From the NCBI GenBank assembly GCA_030141605.1, contig JAQGDQ010000878.1:21080-85079 (forward strand): DNA of 64,000 nt. Direction: 5' to 3'. The position numbers and the translations under genes were made by a program. The stretch is from Tubiluchus corallicola. Taxonomy: Eukaryota > Animalia > Priapulida. The notes below the pieces were generated by a model. That model did not search any database, was not told where the DNA came from, and saw only the letters and a list, made by a program, of their open reading frames with translations. Below are positions 42,601 to 53,570 of this stretch, piece by piece. Numbering within the stretch: the first letter of the stretch is position 1; each line of letters starts with the position of its first letter.

Positions 42601-44224
42601 AATGACATTCAACTCTTTCATCAACTTACACTTTTTCTGGTACAGGTATGCTGGGCTCTATTTCCACCATTATTCAATTAATCTTCAACAGCGTTTGAAT
42701 CAGTTTAAACGGCCAGGTGCACAGCAGAGTGTCGAGTCAGACAGTGATGATGACGATGATGAACTGATGGAAACAGACGACCAGGTGTGCAACATGTATA
42801 ATCTTGCATCACTAATAGAACTGTGTTGTTTATAGTATTAGTCTCTTTTAACTGCTGTGCTAATCCAGTGACTGCACATTGTAATGAAGAGATGTTAATA
42901 GTTAAATGTCTGATGTTTTTAAGCTCTTGTCTATCCAAGTTGTTTATTTTTCTAAAATGACATTGCAATGTTATTGGCACCAACACACACAACAAACAGA
43001 CAACCAGGGAAATGATTTCCAAAACCTGCATAATCCAGAAAATGTTTAAAGAACCACTGAAAAGGTTCTCAGCTTCAAAGTAATGTATGAAACTGAGCAA
43101 AATGGCACTGCATTGGCAACACCCTATGGCAAATGTGACAGTATTGGCACCTATTTTGTGCTAATAGAAGAATGTATCTGGAGGTTTGCATCCATCTAAT
43201 GATGTTATTGCTTTTTTTTTAAATTTAGTTCTTGGTTTTAATTTAGTGTATAGATTAACTGAACTTCAAGTACTAGTTTACTTATTTCAGGAAAACTATA
43301 GCTAAGAAAACGTTTATTGATGTGGTTTTAAAACTATACATTCTTTATAAATATCTTAGTAGGATCTTTTATGTTAAGCTAGTGAAACTATAAGTGGGAA
43401 AATCATTATGTTTGAGCCATTTTACTTAATTTAAAACGAATAACTAGTAAATATCTCATTATTTATTTGTTAAAAAATTGCATACCAAGGAAGACTTCTA
43501 ATGACATCTTTGGATTCAGTTGCAAGTGATGTGCTTTGCCACTTCAGTTATTTTGTATGTAAACTGTGGTGACCAAGTTCAAGCTTTTGCCCTTCTAGCA
43601 TTCACTGAGTTAGTGCCAATATTTTTGGATAATTCTTTCTGACAAAAAACAGGACGATGATTTATGATTACGGATCTTTTTTTCAGAAAACGCAACAATG
43701 TAAGTGTCTTTAGAAAATTTACCGATTTTGTGTCTTTTGATTTTAATTTTACTTTTTCGTAACAGGGTGTTAAATTTACTATCAACAAACTGCTGGTTCT
43801 TCTTCCGTCATCCTGTATTGTTCTTGACTCACTGGAAAACGTAGCTGAAATAGAAGTCATTGGCAACACAGACGACCTTCAGGTAGATTCTGCCAAGATC
43901 TTTCTTTCAGATAAGCAGAGATACGTTGGGCACAGTACAGTATACAAGCTGGATGACGACTACTTTATTGCTGAATTTGCTACGCCATTACGTTTCCTCA
44001 GATACATGCGAGATCATGACGTCCTAGATGACAGTTTGCTCAACACATTCTACGAGCAGTTCTGCATTAGACTGGAAAGTTTGCTGGACGAGAACACCAT
44101 ATGGGAGAAAAATTTTCAAGTGGTTAGTTACAATGACACGGGTACGACTACTGTGGCGCCGCTTGTGGCCGAGTTGCGTAGTATTTTTGCAGCACAGCGT
44201 TCTTGCTTGGGGGAAGGAAAATAA
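30528..44224 (+). CDS. Caspase-STING-STING fusion gene, 10 coding exons, 2238 nt, ~745 aa
   Basis: join(30528-30614, 32617-32829, 34185-34344, 35504-35566, 36625-36813, 38718-38827, 41475-41615, 41829-42505, 42646-42784, 43766-44224); all GT-AG; intron phases 0,0,1,1,1,0,0,2,0; no internal stop. Confidence 0.8.
31678..32159. mobile_element. hAT-type MITE copy 1 (~480 bp)
   Basis: CAGGGGTGTGC TIR family; TSD degenerate in this copy. Confidence 0.85.
32617..32829 (+). CDS. Caspase-STING exon 2 (start of caspase large subunit)
   Basis: VYPMDSTPRGYCLIINN...ETRKGSDVDEVKLRSLFDQLGY...NLTSE. Confidence 0.92.
33505..34157. mobile_element. TIR element (MITE) in intron 2
   Basis: GGGAGACTCGGGTAAAGTGGATCAC ... 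GTGATCCACTTTGCCCGGGTCTCCC inverted ends. Confidence 0.75.
34185..34344 (+). CDS. Caspase-STING exon 3 (catalytic His)
   Basis: QMLSVIETFAQDPKHASVDSCVVAMLTHG; His codon at 34266. Confidence 0.92.
34547..35007. mobile_element. hAT-type MITE copy 2
   Basis: TIR CAGGGGTGTGCAAATT; 8-bp TSD ATCTAAAT. Confidence 0.92.
35504..35566 (+). CDS. Caspase-STING exon 4 (catalytic Cys, QACRG)
   Basis: (G)HSAVHLSGKPKIFILQACRG; Cys codon at 35557; not in the ORF track. Confidence 0.93.
35684..36199 (+). mobile_element. 5'-truncated LINE with C-terminal zinc knuckle, in intron 4
   Basis: CNCGFRFESVEHFLLHCPLY; AATAAA near the end; 12-bp TSD TAACTACAAAAT at 35672-35683 and 36200-36211. Confidence 0.85.
36625..36813 (+). 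CDS. Caspase-STING exon 5 (intersubunit linker + start of small subunit)
   Basis: (D)ESQEPIEVSKPSQKYSFPAGADHGDDKLTQDSGISLIAKQRMPQKTKQPIVGNTIVCRASVS(G); phase 1-1. Confidence 0.8.
36995..37353 (+). mobile_element. Solo LTR (359 bp) in intron 5
   Basis: TGTTGTG...CACAACA termini, 5-bp TSD GTGGC, internal TATATAA (~37108) and AATAAA (~37280). Confidence 0.85.
38718..38827 (+). CDS. Caspase-STING exon 6 (small subunit, S1 Arg)
   Basis: (G)YASMRSETRGTWFIRKLVTEFAQNASCLHIHELMTR, matching caspase GYxSWR...GSWFI. Confidence 0.92.
39788..40270. mobile_element. hAT-type MITE copy 3 (opposite orientation to copies 1-2)
   Basis: Same TIR family; 8-bp TSD GTGTAAAG. Confidence 0.92.
41475..41615 (+). CDS. 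Caspase-STING exon 7 (end of caspase)
   Basis: VHRQVFEL...TQVPELESSLMTRLFFNPPL, matching caspase QxP...L.K.LYF; ends in donor gtaagt, not a stop. Confidence 0.88.
41829..42505 (+). CDS. Caspase-STING exon 8 (STING-like domain 1, linker, start of domain 2)
   Basis: GLGTALAYWHWIGY, IIVYSQSC, DMAGMKGRKY, VDYPTAI and FHKTLQDIV parallel human STING VAHGLAWSYYIGY, YILLPLDC, DRAGIKDRVY, LEYATPL and FCRTLEDIL. Confidence 0.85.
42646..42784 (+). CDS. Caspase-STING exon 9 (domain-2 dimer helix + acidic insert)
   Basis: (R)YAGLYFHHYSINLQQRLNQFKRPGAQQSVESDSDDDDDELMETDDQ; phase 2-0. Confidence 0.75.
43766..44224 (+). CDS. Caspase-STING exon 10 (STING-like domain 2 core, stop)
   Basis: KLLVLLPSSC, STVYKL, IAEFATPL, FCIRLESLL and FQVVSY are STING CBD motifs; TAA at 44222-44224. 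Confidence 0.88.
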   Translation, partial: GVKFTINKLLVLLPSSCIVLDSLENVAEIEVIGNTDDLQVDSAKIFLSDKQRYVGHSTVYKLDDDYFIAEFATPLRFLRYMRDHDVLDDSLLNTFYEQFCIRLESLLDENTIWEKNFQVVSYNDTGTTTVAPLVAELRSIFAAQRSCLGEGK

Positions 44225-44283
44225 TGATTAAATCTATGGTGTGCAAAAAACTTATGTTAGCATAATTAATTTTCTTTCTAGTA

Positions 44284-44673
44284 TAGGTAGTCATCGACTT
44301 ACAACCTATGCGACTTACTACTGTTGGACTTTACGACACAACCGCAACTAATTATACAAATATTAATATTATACATATTATAGTATAATTATCATAGAAA
44401 TTATATTATTATTACAGTATTATTAAAACACGTATTAATTAATTATATGAAACTATAACTCATATTTCCTTCTATTTTTTTAGCAAATTAACTTCAAATT
44501 GCTATCTGTTTCAATAAATTCATTCTGGTTACTGCCATACTTAGTGCTCCTACACACCCAACGTCTACACGCTGTACTTTAATATATGAGTCCTGCTTGC
44601 ACCCAGTTTGTCTTACGACCAATTTGCCGGTCATAAGTCCAACATATTATGGTCATAAGTCAACGACTACTTG
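44284..44673. mobile_element. Tigger-like MITE in the putative 3'UTR
   Basis: TAGGTAGTCATCGACTTACAACC ... GGTCATAAGTCAACGACTACTTG imperfect TIRs. Confidence 0.65.
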
Positions 44674-45504
44674 TGTTTACTTTTTCTATGTCGAGAACAG
44701 TTCTGTTTTCATGTGTAATTTAGTTCTGTTCAAGTGTGAGTGTATTGAACAATCTCATCAACTATGTCTCAAGATAAATTGGGGCTTTATACTTTCACAT
44801 TATGTGTAGAAGTGAACATAAGAACCTAAGTAATTCAGTATCTGCTTGAAATTGTCATCATCTATTCTAATTTTTACATGACTTAATGCAATTTTAAATT
44901 TATTTTATTAAGAAGGATATTTTCACAAAACAATTTTTAATTCTTATCAATAAATATTTGCATAGTGACTTGAAAATATTCGTTTATTGTTTTGAACTGC
45001 AAAGGCGTCAGCTTTTTGCATGTTTGAAGTTTATACAACTTTAGTGCCTATGCCTACTTATGTCTAGAGTTACTAGTCTTTAGTCTAAAATCTAGGAATG
45101 TCTTGTAGGTTTACTACTGTGCTAAATTCACCGCGTGACCTTACATTGGTAAAGTTGTTTAATGTACTGCCATGGTATAGCACAATTCTAGATAGGAGTT
45201 ACTCTGTCCAGCAGTACAGACCTACTTATAGGAAAGTGAGAAGAAATTATGAAGTCAGAAAAATTTTTGTTTTTTACTGTGACATGAACTCGCGTCTTTG
45301 GCATTCTAGGTAGCTAAGTGTAGGACCTCACATACTTTTGTCATAAAACTAATAAAAAGAAAAAGTACAGATATAAGGAGACTGCATTGCAATTTCTTTT
45401 TTTTCTTTTATCAATGAATCAATGAAGCGAGCATACACTGCACTGACTGAGCAATTTCTTATTGAATTCAACGAAGCCAATTTACAGTTTTGAATTAAGA
45501 TTTG

Positions 45505-45896
45505 AATATACACACTGTTTTGATCTTTGTTAAAGAACATGGACTGCTTTGATCTTTGTTAAAGTACATACAGACTGTTTTGATCTTTGTTAAAGAACAT
45601 TCAGACTGTTTTGATCTTTGTTAAAGAACATGGACTGCTTTGATCTTTGTTAAAGAACATATGGACTGCTTTGATCTTTGTTAAAGAACATTCAGACAGT
45701 TTTGATCTTTGTTAAAGGACATACAGACTGTTTTGATCTTTGTTAAAGAACATTCAGACAGTTTTGATCTTTGTTAAAGTACATACAGACTGTTTTGATC
45801 TTTGTTAAAGAACATACACACTATTTTGATCTTTTAAGAACATGGACTGCTTTGATCTTTGTTAAAGAACATATGGACTGCTTTGATCTATGTTAA
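45505..45896. repeat. Minisatellite, 30-32-bp unit, ~12 copies
   Basis: gactg(t/c)tttgatctttgttaaagaacat.. repeated. Confidence 0.92.
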
Positions 45897-46609
45897 TGCT
45901 TCAAGAAAATAAGATGTCATACTAGTGTGTGTGATATTGCCACGATGATCCACATTATAGTATTTGATTGTTTATGACAAAACTACTCTGGTTTGTTTAA
46001 CTTTGTTATTGTAATCTAAACCATGAAACCTTCCATTGACTGTTATTTGAACTATACTTATTGATCAACATATATACATGTATATTATAGTTATAGTACA
46101 TATGGCTGTTTTAGTTACATTACATGTTAGTATTGTTCCGTTGCTGACCTTTTCGTTTCATTATTATTTCTGGTGATTTGTTCATATCCCATAACATATC
46201 CCAATTGTTACATTGTATTATAGATGTGCAGGAATAGTCGCATGCTATATGGTATGGTAATGATATGATACGACTTGATTTGAGACAATATAATATAAAA
46301 TAGTCCTTATGGTGCACTACAAGCCAATACTTGCCACTCTGCAGTAAGGAATTTTTCAGGTGATCGTCTAATTACTGATCAGGCAAGACATTAATTAACT
46401 TCGTCGCTAAACACGCACTGTGACTACTTAATTACTCCCTTGCCGATAATATTATAAAAAACATATTGTTAATGTCTATACTGCGCAAACATTGATTACA
46501 TACAATAATGTATTCACTACTTGCTAGTGGCCTATATATGTAATTATGTGCATCTACATTAAAGCTCGGCTTGTATAAGTGTGGCATGTGCGAAACTGGC
46601 AGCTTTGTT

Positions 46610-46899
46610 TAGAGAGAAAGAGAGGGAGGGAGCGAGAGAAAAAGAGAGAGGGGGAGAGGAAGAGAGACAGTGAAAGGGAGGGGGAGGGAGAGAGAGAGAG
46701 AGAGGGGGGGAAGGGAGAGAGAGAGGGAGAGAGGAAGAGAGAGAGAGAGAGAGAGAGAGAGGAAGGGAGAGAGAGAGGAAGGGAGAGAGAGAGAGAGAGG
46801 AAGGGAGAGAGACAGAGAGAGAGAGAGAGGGGGAGAGGAAGAGGAAGAGAGACAGTGAAAGAGAGGGAGAGAGAGAGAGGAAGGGAGAGAGAGAGAGGA

Positions 46900-46934
<35 letters not shown>

Positions 46935-48180
46935 TAGAGACAGAGATCCTTCTTTTCCTTTTATTGAAGGTTCTGCCATTTGTTTCTTGGTCGTGTTACT
47001 CCAATGCGAGGTGGCGAATTGGCACATTACAAATTGCACCTATTTATGTGCCCTGCAATTAATCTATATAATTACACATATATTATATTGTAGGTTTGTA
47101 TAAAAATCGCATGCACACAACTAGTGCAGTGTAATTACATATGGTGCTTCATATATAAATAATCATTACAGTAGTAGAGATGAGTAGGACTGAACTGCCA
47201 GCCTAGGGCGTCGTAACGTCTTGATACACCCATGCACACACACTCATATACATGTATGATGTATGCATTATTACATACAAAGATTCTATGAAGCTGAGCC
47301 TATATATTTAACTATATAAAATGATTGCCCTTGGCACCTAGGCCTGTATAAAATCAATTAATTTAAGCCCATCAATAAATAATATTTATCAAGACTTGTC
47401 GGTGGATTTAGCCACATGTGTTTAAGTAGTACGCTTATACAAGTATATTTTTTGCACGTAAGCAAACTGTATTTAATGAACATTTATTTTGACGTAAGCC
47501 TAACTGAATCTTGAAAAATTAAGCTAAATATAAGTGACGTCTACACATGATACATAAGATGTTATGACCCGCGTGCAGATTCTAATTTATGCACCAGGTT
47601 GGCTTCTCACCTGAATTCCGGAATTTCATTTTGACCTGGTTAATTGGTTGTTATAGAGGTGGAAGAAATGTCGGCTGCTTAGGATGACAGCTCTGATGTT
47701 TCGTTCAGTTATTTTTTGTTCACTGACAATAAAAAAGAGGAGTAATGTCGTAAATGCATCTCCGTTTGTTCAACGTTATTTTATAACCAACACCAACTGA
47801 TTACAAAGGCCAATGTATGATTATATGATTATTCTTAATGCCCTATGCTTGGTTTAAATAATATTCAAAAATATAACTGCTGCTATAAATCGCCAAAGAG
47901 AGATGTAGGCATTGCAGTCTTTGCTTAGTGTACAAAATATTTAACTTGTAACAAAAGTTACAAAACTGTGTTATAATTAACATTTTATTATAATTACCTG
48001 GCTGCATCCTTGGGAAATTTAACAAAATATTTTTACTGACTTTGGTGGTCTCATCAATTCATCTGCTACAGTACACACAGCTTGCGTTATAGCCTACTTG
48101 ACAACAACAGTCCGTACTGCTGTGCCGCTAGGGCGACACTAACTGCGCGAACTACTGCGCAGTATTATCCCTAATTCTGT
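46610..48180 (+). repeat. GA-containing element copy 2, split by an ~0.9-kb insertion (47216-48112)
   Basis: Collinear with 28022-28436; CGTA is duplicated at the break (47212-47215 and 48113-48116). Confidence 0.75.
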
Positions 48181-49429
48181 GGTCTTTATGCTTTGGCTAC
48201 ACCGCGCACTTATTGCGAGCGCCACGCATGCATGCATACATACATATACATACATACATACATACATACATGAATTATCATTAACATTAGCAGAACTACG
48301 TGCTAGTCTCCACTGATAATAAAATACATTAAAACATGATAATAAAAACTAATACACAAAAATAAAATTCAATGATATAGTAAAATGAAATATTGAAAAA
48401 CAAGTGCAGTTAAACTAACTAAAATTAAACAAATTAATTAAAAACAGGGATTCTCAAATAAAAATTTTGTTTTGGTAGCAAATGTCACAATGGCAGCCGG
48501 TAGGTTGCGAGATTCGCGAGACTCTGCTATCAGTGAAACTTTCATAACAGTTTGAAACATTAAAAGAATAATAATGAAAATGATACTAAAGCAGTTAAAG
48601 ATCCATGTATCTGCAATCAAATGCATACTAGTCAGTACCAGACCATTGTATATAGCACAAAAATAAAATTGGCAAGTTGTCAAATGTTTTCAAAGCTATA
48701 AAACGGAACTTTAAATATGCCTTATGTAAAAACTACAGTGTTAAGGAACATAGGAGAGCTAGTTTGATTTACAAGATGCTGCCAATTCTTCAATTTCTCA
48801 TTATCTTAAAATAAGCTTGAATGGCAGATACATGTACAAGGTCCTTGCTCTCATGTAACATAATATTGCCAATGGTCAATAGGCTCGTAGCAAAGATTTA
48901 TGCTAATTATGAAATTTATCAATTTGTGTTACTGTAGATACTAAACCTATGCAGACCTTACCCTTAAATTCATTTAAAAACCTGGTTAGAATTTGTGTCT
49001 TCGAGTGTCTTGGACTGTTGGTCGAGTCGTATGGTGTAGTTACAAACCGGAGGACACTTCATGATTGGGATTGATTGCACTAGCTAACAGATGATGATGA
49101 TGATGGTGGTGATGATAAGTCTTTATTAGCCTCTTTTTGCAGGTAAAAATATCTGTACTAATTTTACAATTTTACATAGACACTATACAGAGTGAATTCT
49201 ACGATATTACACTTACGGATTCTGTAATTAGCTTTTCTAATTTTTGCGTATAACATTTCTTACAGTGATATTAAACTAGAAGTATTAAAGTGCGTGCTAA
49301 AATCAAGGTTATTAATGCAGCAAGTTTCCTGTGAAGTAACAAAAAAATGCAGATAAACTGATATACCAAATTATTATTATTATAGGGATTATAGGGATTA
49401 TAGGGATTACCAGTATTATAGGGATAGAT

Positions 49430-51308
49430 TGATGACAGTTAAAGATAACATAAAAAAGACATGGGATACAATGAAAGAAATTATGCATAAAGAAAAGGCA
49501 AAATCGACCCATTACGTTGTTCATAAACAATAAATTAATTAAAAATAATGTAGAGGTGGCAAATGCTTTTAACGATTACTTTGCCAATATTGGACCAATA
49601 TTATCAGAACAAATTGAAAACACAAACATAAATCCATGTACATATCTTAAAGGTACCTACCGACAAAGCTTTTTTATTAGTGCAGTAACAGAAAATGATA
49701 TAATAAATACTTGCAAATCGTTTAATCGGAATAAAAGTCCTGGTAAGGACAAAATGTTACCTAAAGTCGTAATAGACACCATTGACTACATATCTAAACC
49801 TTTGTAATATTTAATTAATTTATCTTTTCTTACAGGTGAAAAACCAACGAAATTGAAAGAATCAATTATTGTTCCTTTGTTTAAATCAGATGATCCCATG
49901 TCTCTGAACAATTATAGACCAGTGTCCTTATTGCCTTTTATATCAAAAATAACGCTTTTTCAGATGTAACAACAATCAAATGTGGCCTGCCCCAAGGCTC
50001 AGTCCTCGGGCCACTACTTTTTCTAATTTATATTAATGACATCAAATTTTGTGTTAAAAATCACAATTTATTTCAGTTTGCTGATGATACAAGCATTTTT
50101 TTTTAGCTTTCATAAAATAGAAATCAATATTGACTACATAAACACAGTTCTACATGATCTAGCTATATGGTTCAAAACAAATAAACTTTCACTAAATTCA
50201 TCAAAAACAAAATACATTCTGTTTAGATCCCGAAATAAACCAATTCAGGCGAACCACGATTTAATAATAGACCATAAAAGAATTACACGTGTAAAAGAAC
50301 TGAAATTTCTGAGATTAATACTGAATGAGCATCTAGACTGGCGACCACATATATTCATGATCAGATTAAAAATATCAAAAAATATAGGTATCATCTCATA
50401 TATTAAAAACTTTCTGAACACCGAACATCTTCTAACATTATACAACAGTTTAATATTATCATATTTAAATTACTGCACAACATTATGGGGCCTTACTTAT
50501 ACTACAAATTTAGAATGCTTAAGAGTTTTACAACGAAAATTTTTACGTGTCATCTTCAAACTAGACAAAAGGAGCACAATTACTACTGCACATTTTAAGC
50601 AATGTCAAATATTACTTCTGGATGATGTTATTAATTTTAATGGATGTATATACATGTATAGAACCAACAACAACTTATTTCCAACTTTTTTTGAAAATCC
50701 AGTCAAGATAAATGTAAAAAAATACAATACCAAACATAATGAATATATACCAAGACGTTGTAGAACAAATATGGCGAAACACTTCATCAGCTATATGGGA
50801 CCAGTCCTATGGAACAGACTAAGCCGCAATTCGAAATGTAGTCACTCCCTTTTAACTTTTAAAAAAACCGTCAGAAAAGAAATATTTCAAAAGTATTGAA
50901 GAGTAACACAATTTGATAATGGTAATAACCTGCATTTTTTGCTACAGTAATCTTAATATAGCGTGACTATGTTTAACAGGATACTGAACACTTTGTAACC
51001 ATGATCACAGTTTTTCTTAGTTTCTCGCTCCATTTCATCTTTCATTCACTACTCCCCCCCCATTTTTTTTTTAAGATTTCCACATACAGTTTGACCTGTC
51101 AAGCTATGCTTTTAGGCTCAAACTGTATGCATCAAAAGATTATTCTGTAATGAAATTTGCACATGTATATCCCGCATTATGAAATTTCTTAATAATATTG
51201 CATTTATTCATATTTATATTTATATTTACTCAAATGGAAAATTATCTGTAGTTTAATGCTAATTGTAATGATGCAATGTGGAAAATGAATAAAACTCTTG
51301 ACTCTTGT
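49430..51308 (+). mobile_element. CR1/L2-clade LINE, 5'-truncated with an internal deletion
   Basis: NAFNDYFANIG, KSPGKD, NYRPVSLLP, GLPQGSVLGPLLFLIYIND, FADDT, WFKTNKLSLN; stops and frameshifts; tail aataaaactcttgactcttg. Confidence 0.92.
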
Positions 51309-51319
51309 CCATTAAATTC

Positions 51320-51720
51320 CAATTCAATGTTTAAATCCACAAGAGTTACAATCAGTAATCTCAAGAACTACACAAATTTAATCCCTATTTTTCTAAAAAT
51401 TAACAGCAAGATCTTAAAATAAAAGAGTCCTTTACAAAGTAGGTTAGTGCTGATATTAAATTTTCATTTTTGGTCCAATACACAAGATTTGAATTCTCAT
51501 TTCCCAGTTCGTTTAGTAGTACATTTCGCCTATTTGCGTCGACTCGAGGACATCGATATATCAAATATTTTGAATTCTGGGCTTCCATACTGCATTCACA
51601 AAGCTCATCTCTAGTAAATCCAATACGACTCATCAATTCATTCAATAACCTCACTGTACAGTCAATAACCTCACTGCCACTGCTTCTATTCTTCTTTCGG
51701 ATTTTCCAACTTTTAAAGTA
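51320..51720 (-). mobile_element. LINE 3' remnant with degenerate zinc knuckle
   Basis: RIG...CECSMEAQNSKYLIYRCP on the minus strand. Confidence 0.5.
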
Positions 51721-52982
51721 AGAGTCTGATACAAATTTTTATGCGACAAATTGGCTGTAGTTTCCCCACGTAGTTGAGAATTAGCTTTTAGTTTTTTACA
51801 GCTTTTAGTTCTTAGTTTTTAGTGCTAACAGAGAGCACTACGCCACGCCATTATAACTATACAAAGCATCATGTTGTTATCATGAAATAGGAACTATGAG
51901 TTAAAAAGCAGAACGGCAAAATATGCACCATGTAGTTGAATATAATTGACCTTAATTTTAAACGACTTTCATCAAAGCTTCTTTTGCAGTACATGGCAGA
52001 ATTACATTCTTAAAATAATGGACTTTGCAGAATTTTTCAGGTAAGTCCGTGTTTAAAACACTAAGTCTTGCAAAACATATTAAAATGACTAACTTTCGCA
52101 GCGTGCTTTTGTTTGCCGCTGTTTATAATACAGTAATAAAGAATCTATCCACAGGCCACACGTTGAGCACACAGATTTTTATGTTTGCTAATAGATGGCG
52201 CAACAGAGTCATAAGTTTTATAGGTACTCTAAAAAGTTTAGATCACAGAATAGCAAACTTGCGCAGGATTTTTCTGTCTATTGCTCAACGTACAGGATCT
52301 TTATATGCGTTTTATCGTGGTTCGCTTTTTTATAAACTTGATTTGGATACCAGAACAATGAAAAGCTATCATTAGACTCGATTAACAGTAGCGGTAAATG
52401 AAAAAAAAAACAATTATTTTGTTATCTAAATTCTCCGAAGTTGAAACTGAATAAACCCACATGAGAACTGTATCACTAAGACATATTTCGTACTTTCATA
52501 AATTTTAATATACAACTAATGAAAATTTGGAGTCACTATTACTGTGTTTTAAATAAATCTATAATAATTTTTACAATAACTTTCATAATTGTTAACTTGC
52601 CATTTTGGCTAGTTGCACTTAAAGTTCTAGCCATTTCATTCACGAACTGCCGCCCTTAGTTAGAAATTCACAGAGGAGCAAACAAAAGAGCGACCATAAA
52701 ACATTTTTTACGACGGCAAAGCCTTCACCGGAGTTTAGGAATTAACTTGACTAATTGCGAATTGCGACTACCACAGGACGAACCTATGCGAGAAACAAGA
52801 AACCGATTAAACCAATCGCCTGGAGATTTAGACCGCATTTATTTCAATTCGCGCCTCCTGCATTGGGGGTAATATTAGGCAAATCGAATTAGTGGACAAA
52901 GGCGAGATCAGCTCTTAAATTACGATTCAGCCTGGAAGATTACGTGCTGTTGCAGTATGAATTGAAACGAAGCGTGGTAAGA

Positions 52983-53009
52983 AGCGAGAGAGAGAAAAAG
53001 AAAAATTGG

Positions 53010-53051
<42 letters not shown>

Positions 53052-53228
53052 CAGAGGACAGAGAGAAATTAGAGAGAGGGGGAGAAAGAAAGAAAAAGAG
53101 AGAGAGAGATGATGGGAGAGAGCGGGAAAGAGAAAGAAAAAGAGAGAGAGAGAAAAAAGAAAAATTAGAAGAGAGAGGCAAAGGAGAGAGAGAAATAAGA
53201 GAGAGGGGAGAGAGAAAGAAAGAGAAAG

Positions 53229-53286
<58 letters not shown>

Positions 53287-53526
53287 TGAGGGAGAGAGAG
53301 AGAAATAAGAAAGGGGGAGAAAGAAAGAAAGAGAGAGAGAGAGAGATATGAGGGAGAGAGAGAGAAATAAGAGAGAGGGGAAGAAAGAACGAAAAAAAGA
53401 GAGATAGATGAGGGAGAGAGAGAAATGAGAGAGAGGGAGAGAGAGAAATGAGAGAGAGGGAGAGAGAGAAAGAGAGGGAGAGTGAGAGAGAAAGAAAGAG
53501 AAAGAGAGGGAAAGAGAGAGAGAGAG

Positions 53527-53568
<42 letters not shown>

Positions 53569-53570
53569 GG
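52983..53570. repeat. GA-rich microsatellite
   Basis: (GA)n with A/G interruptions. Confidence 0.95.
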
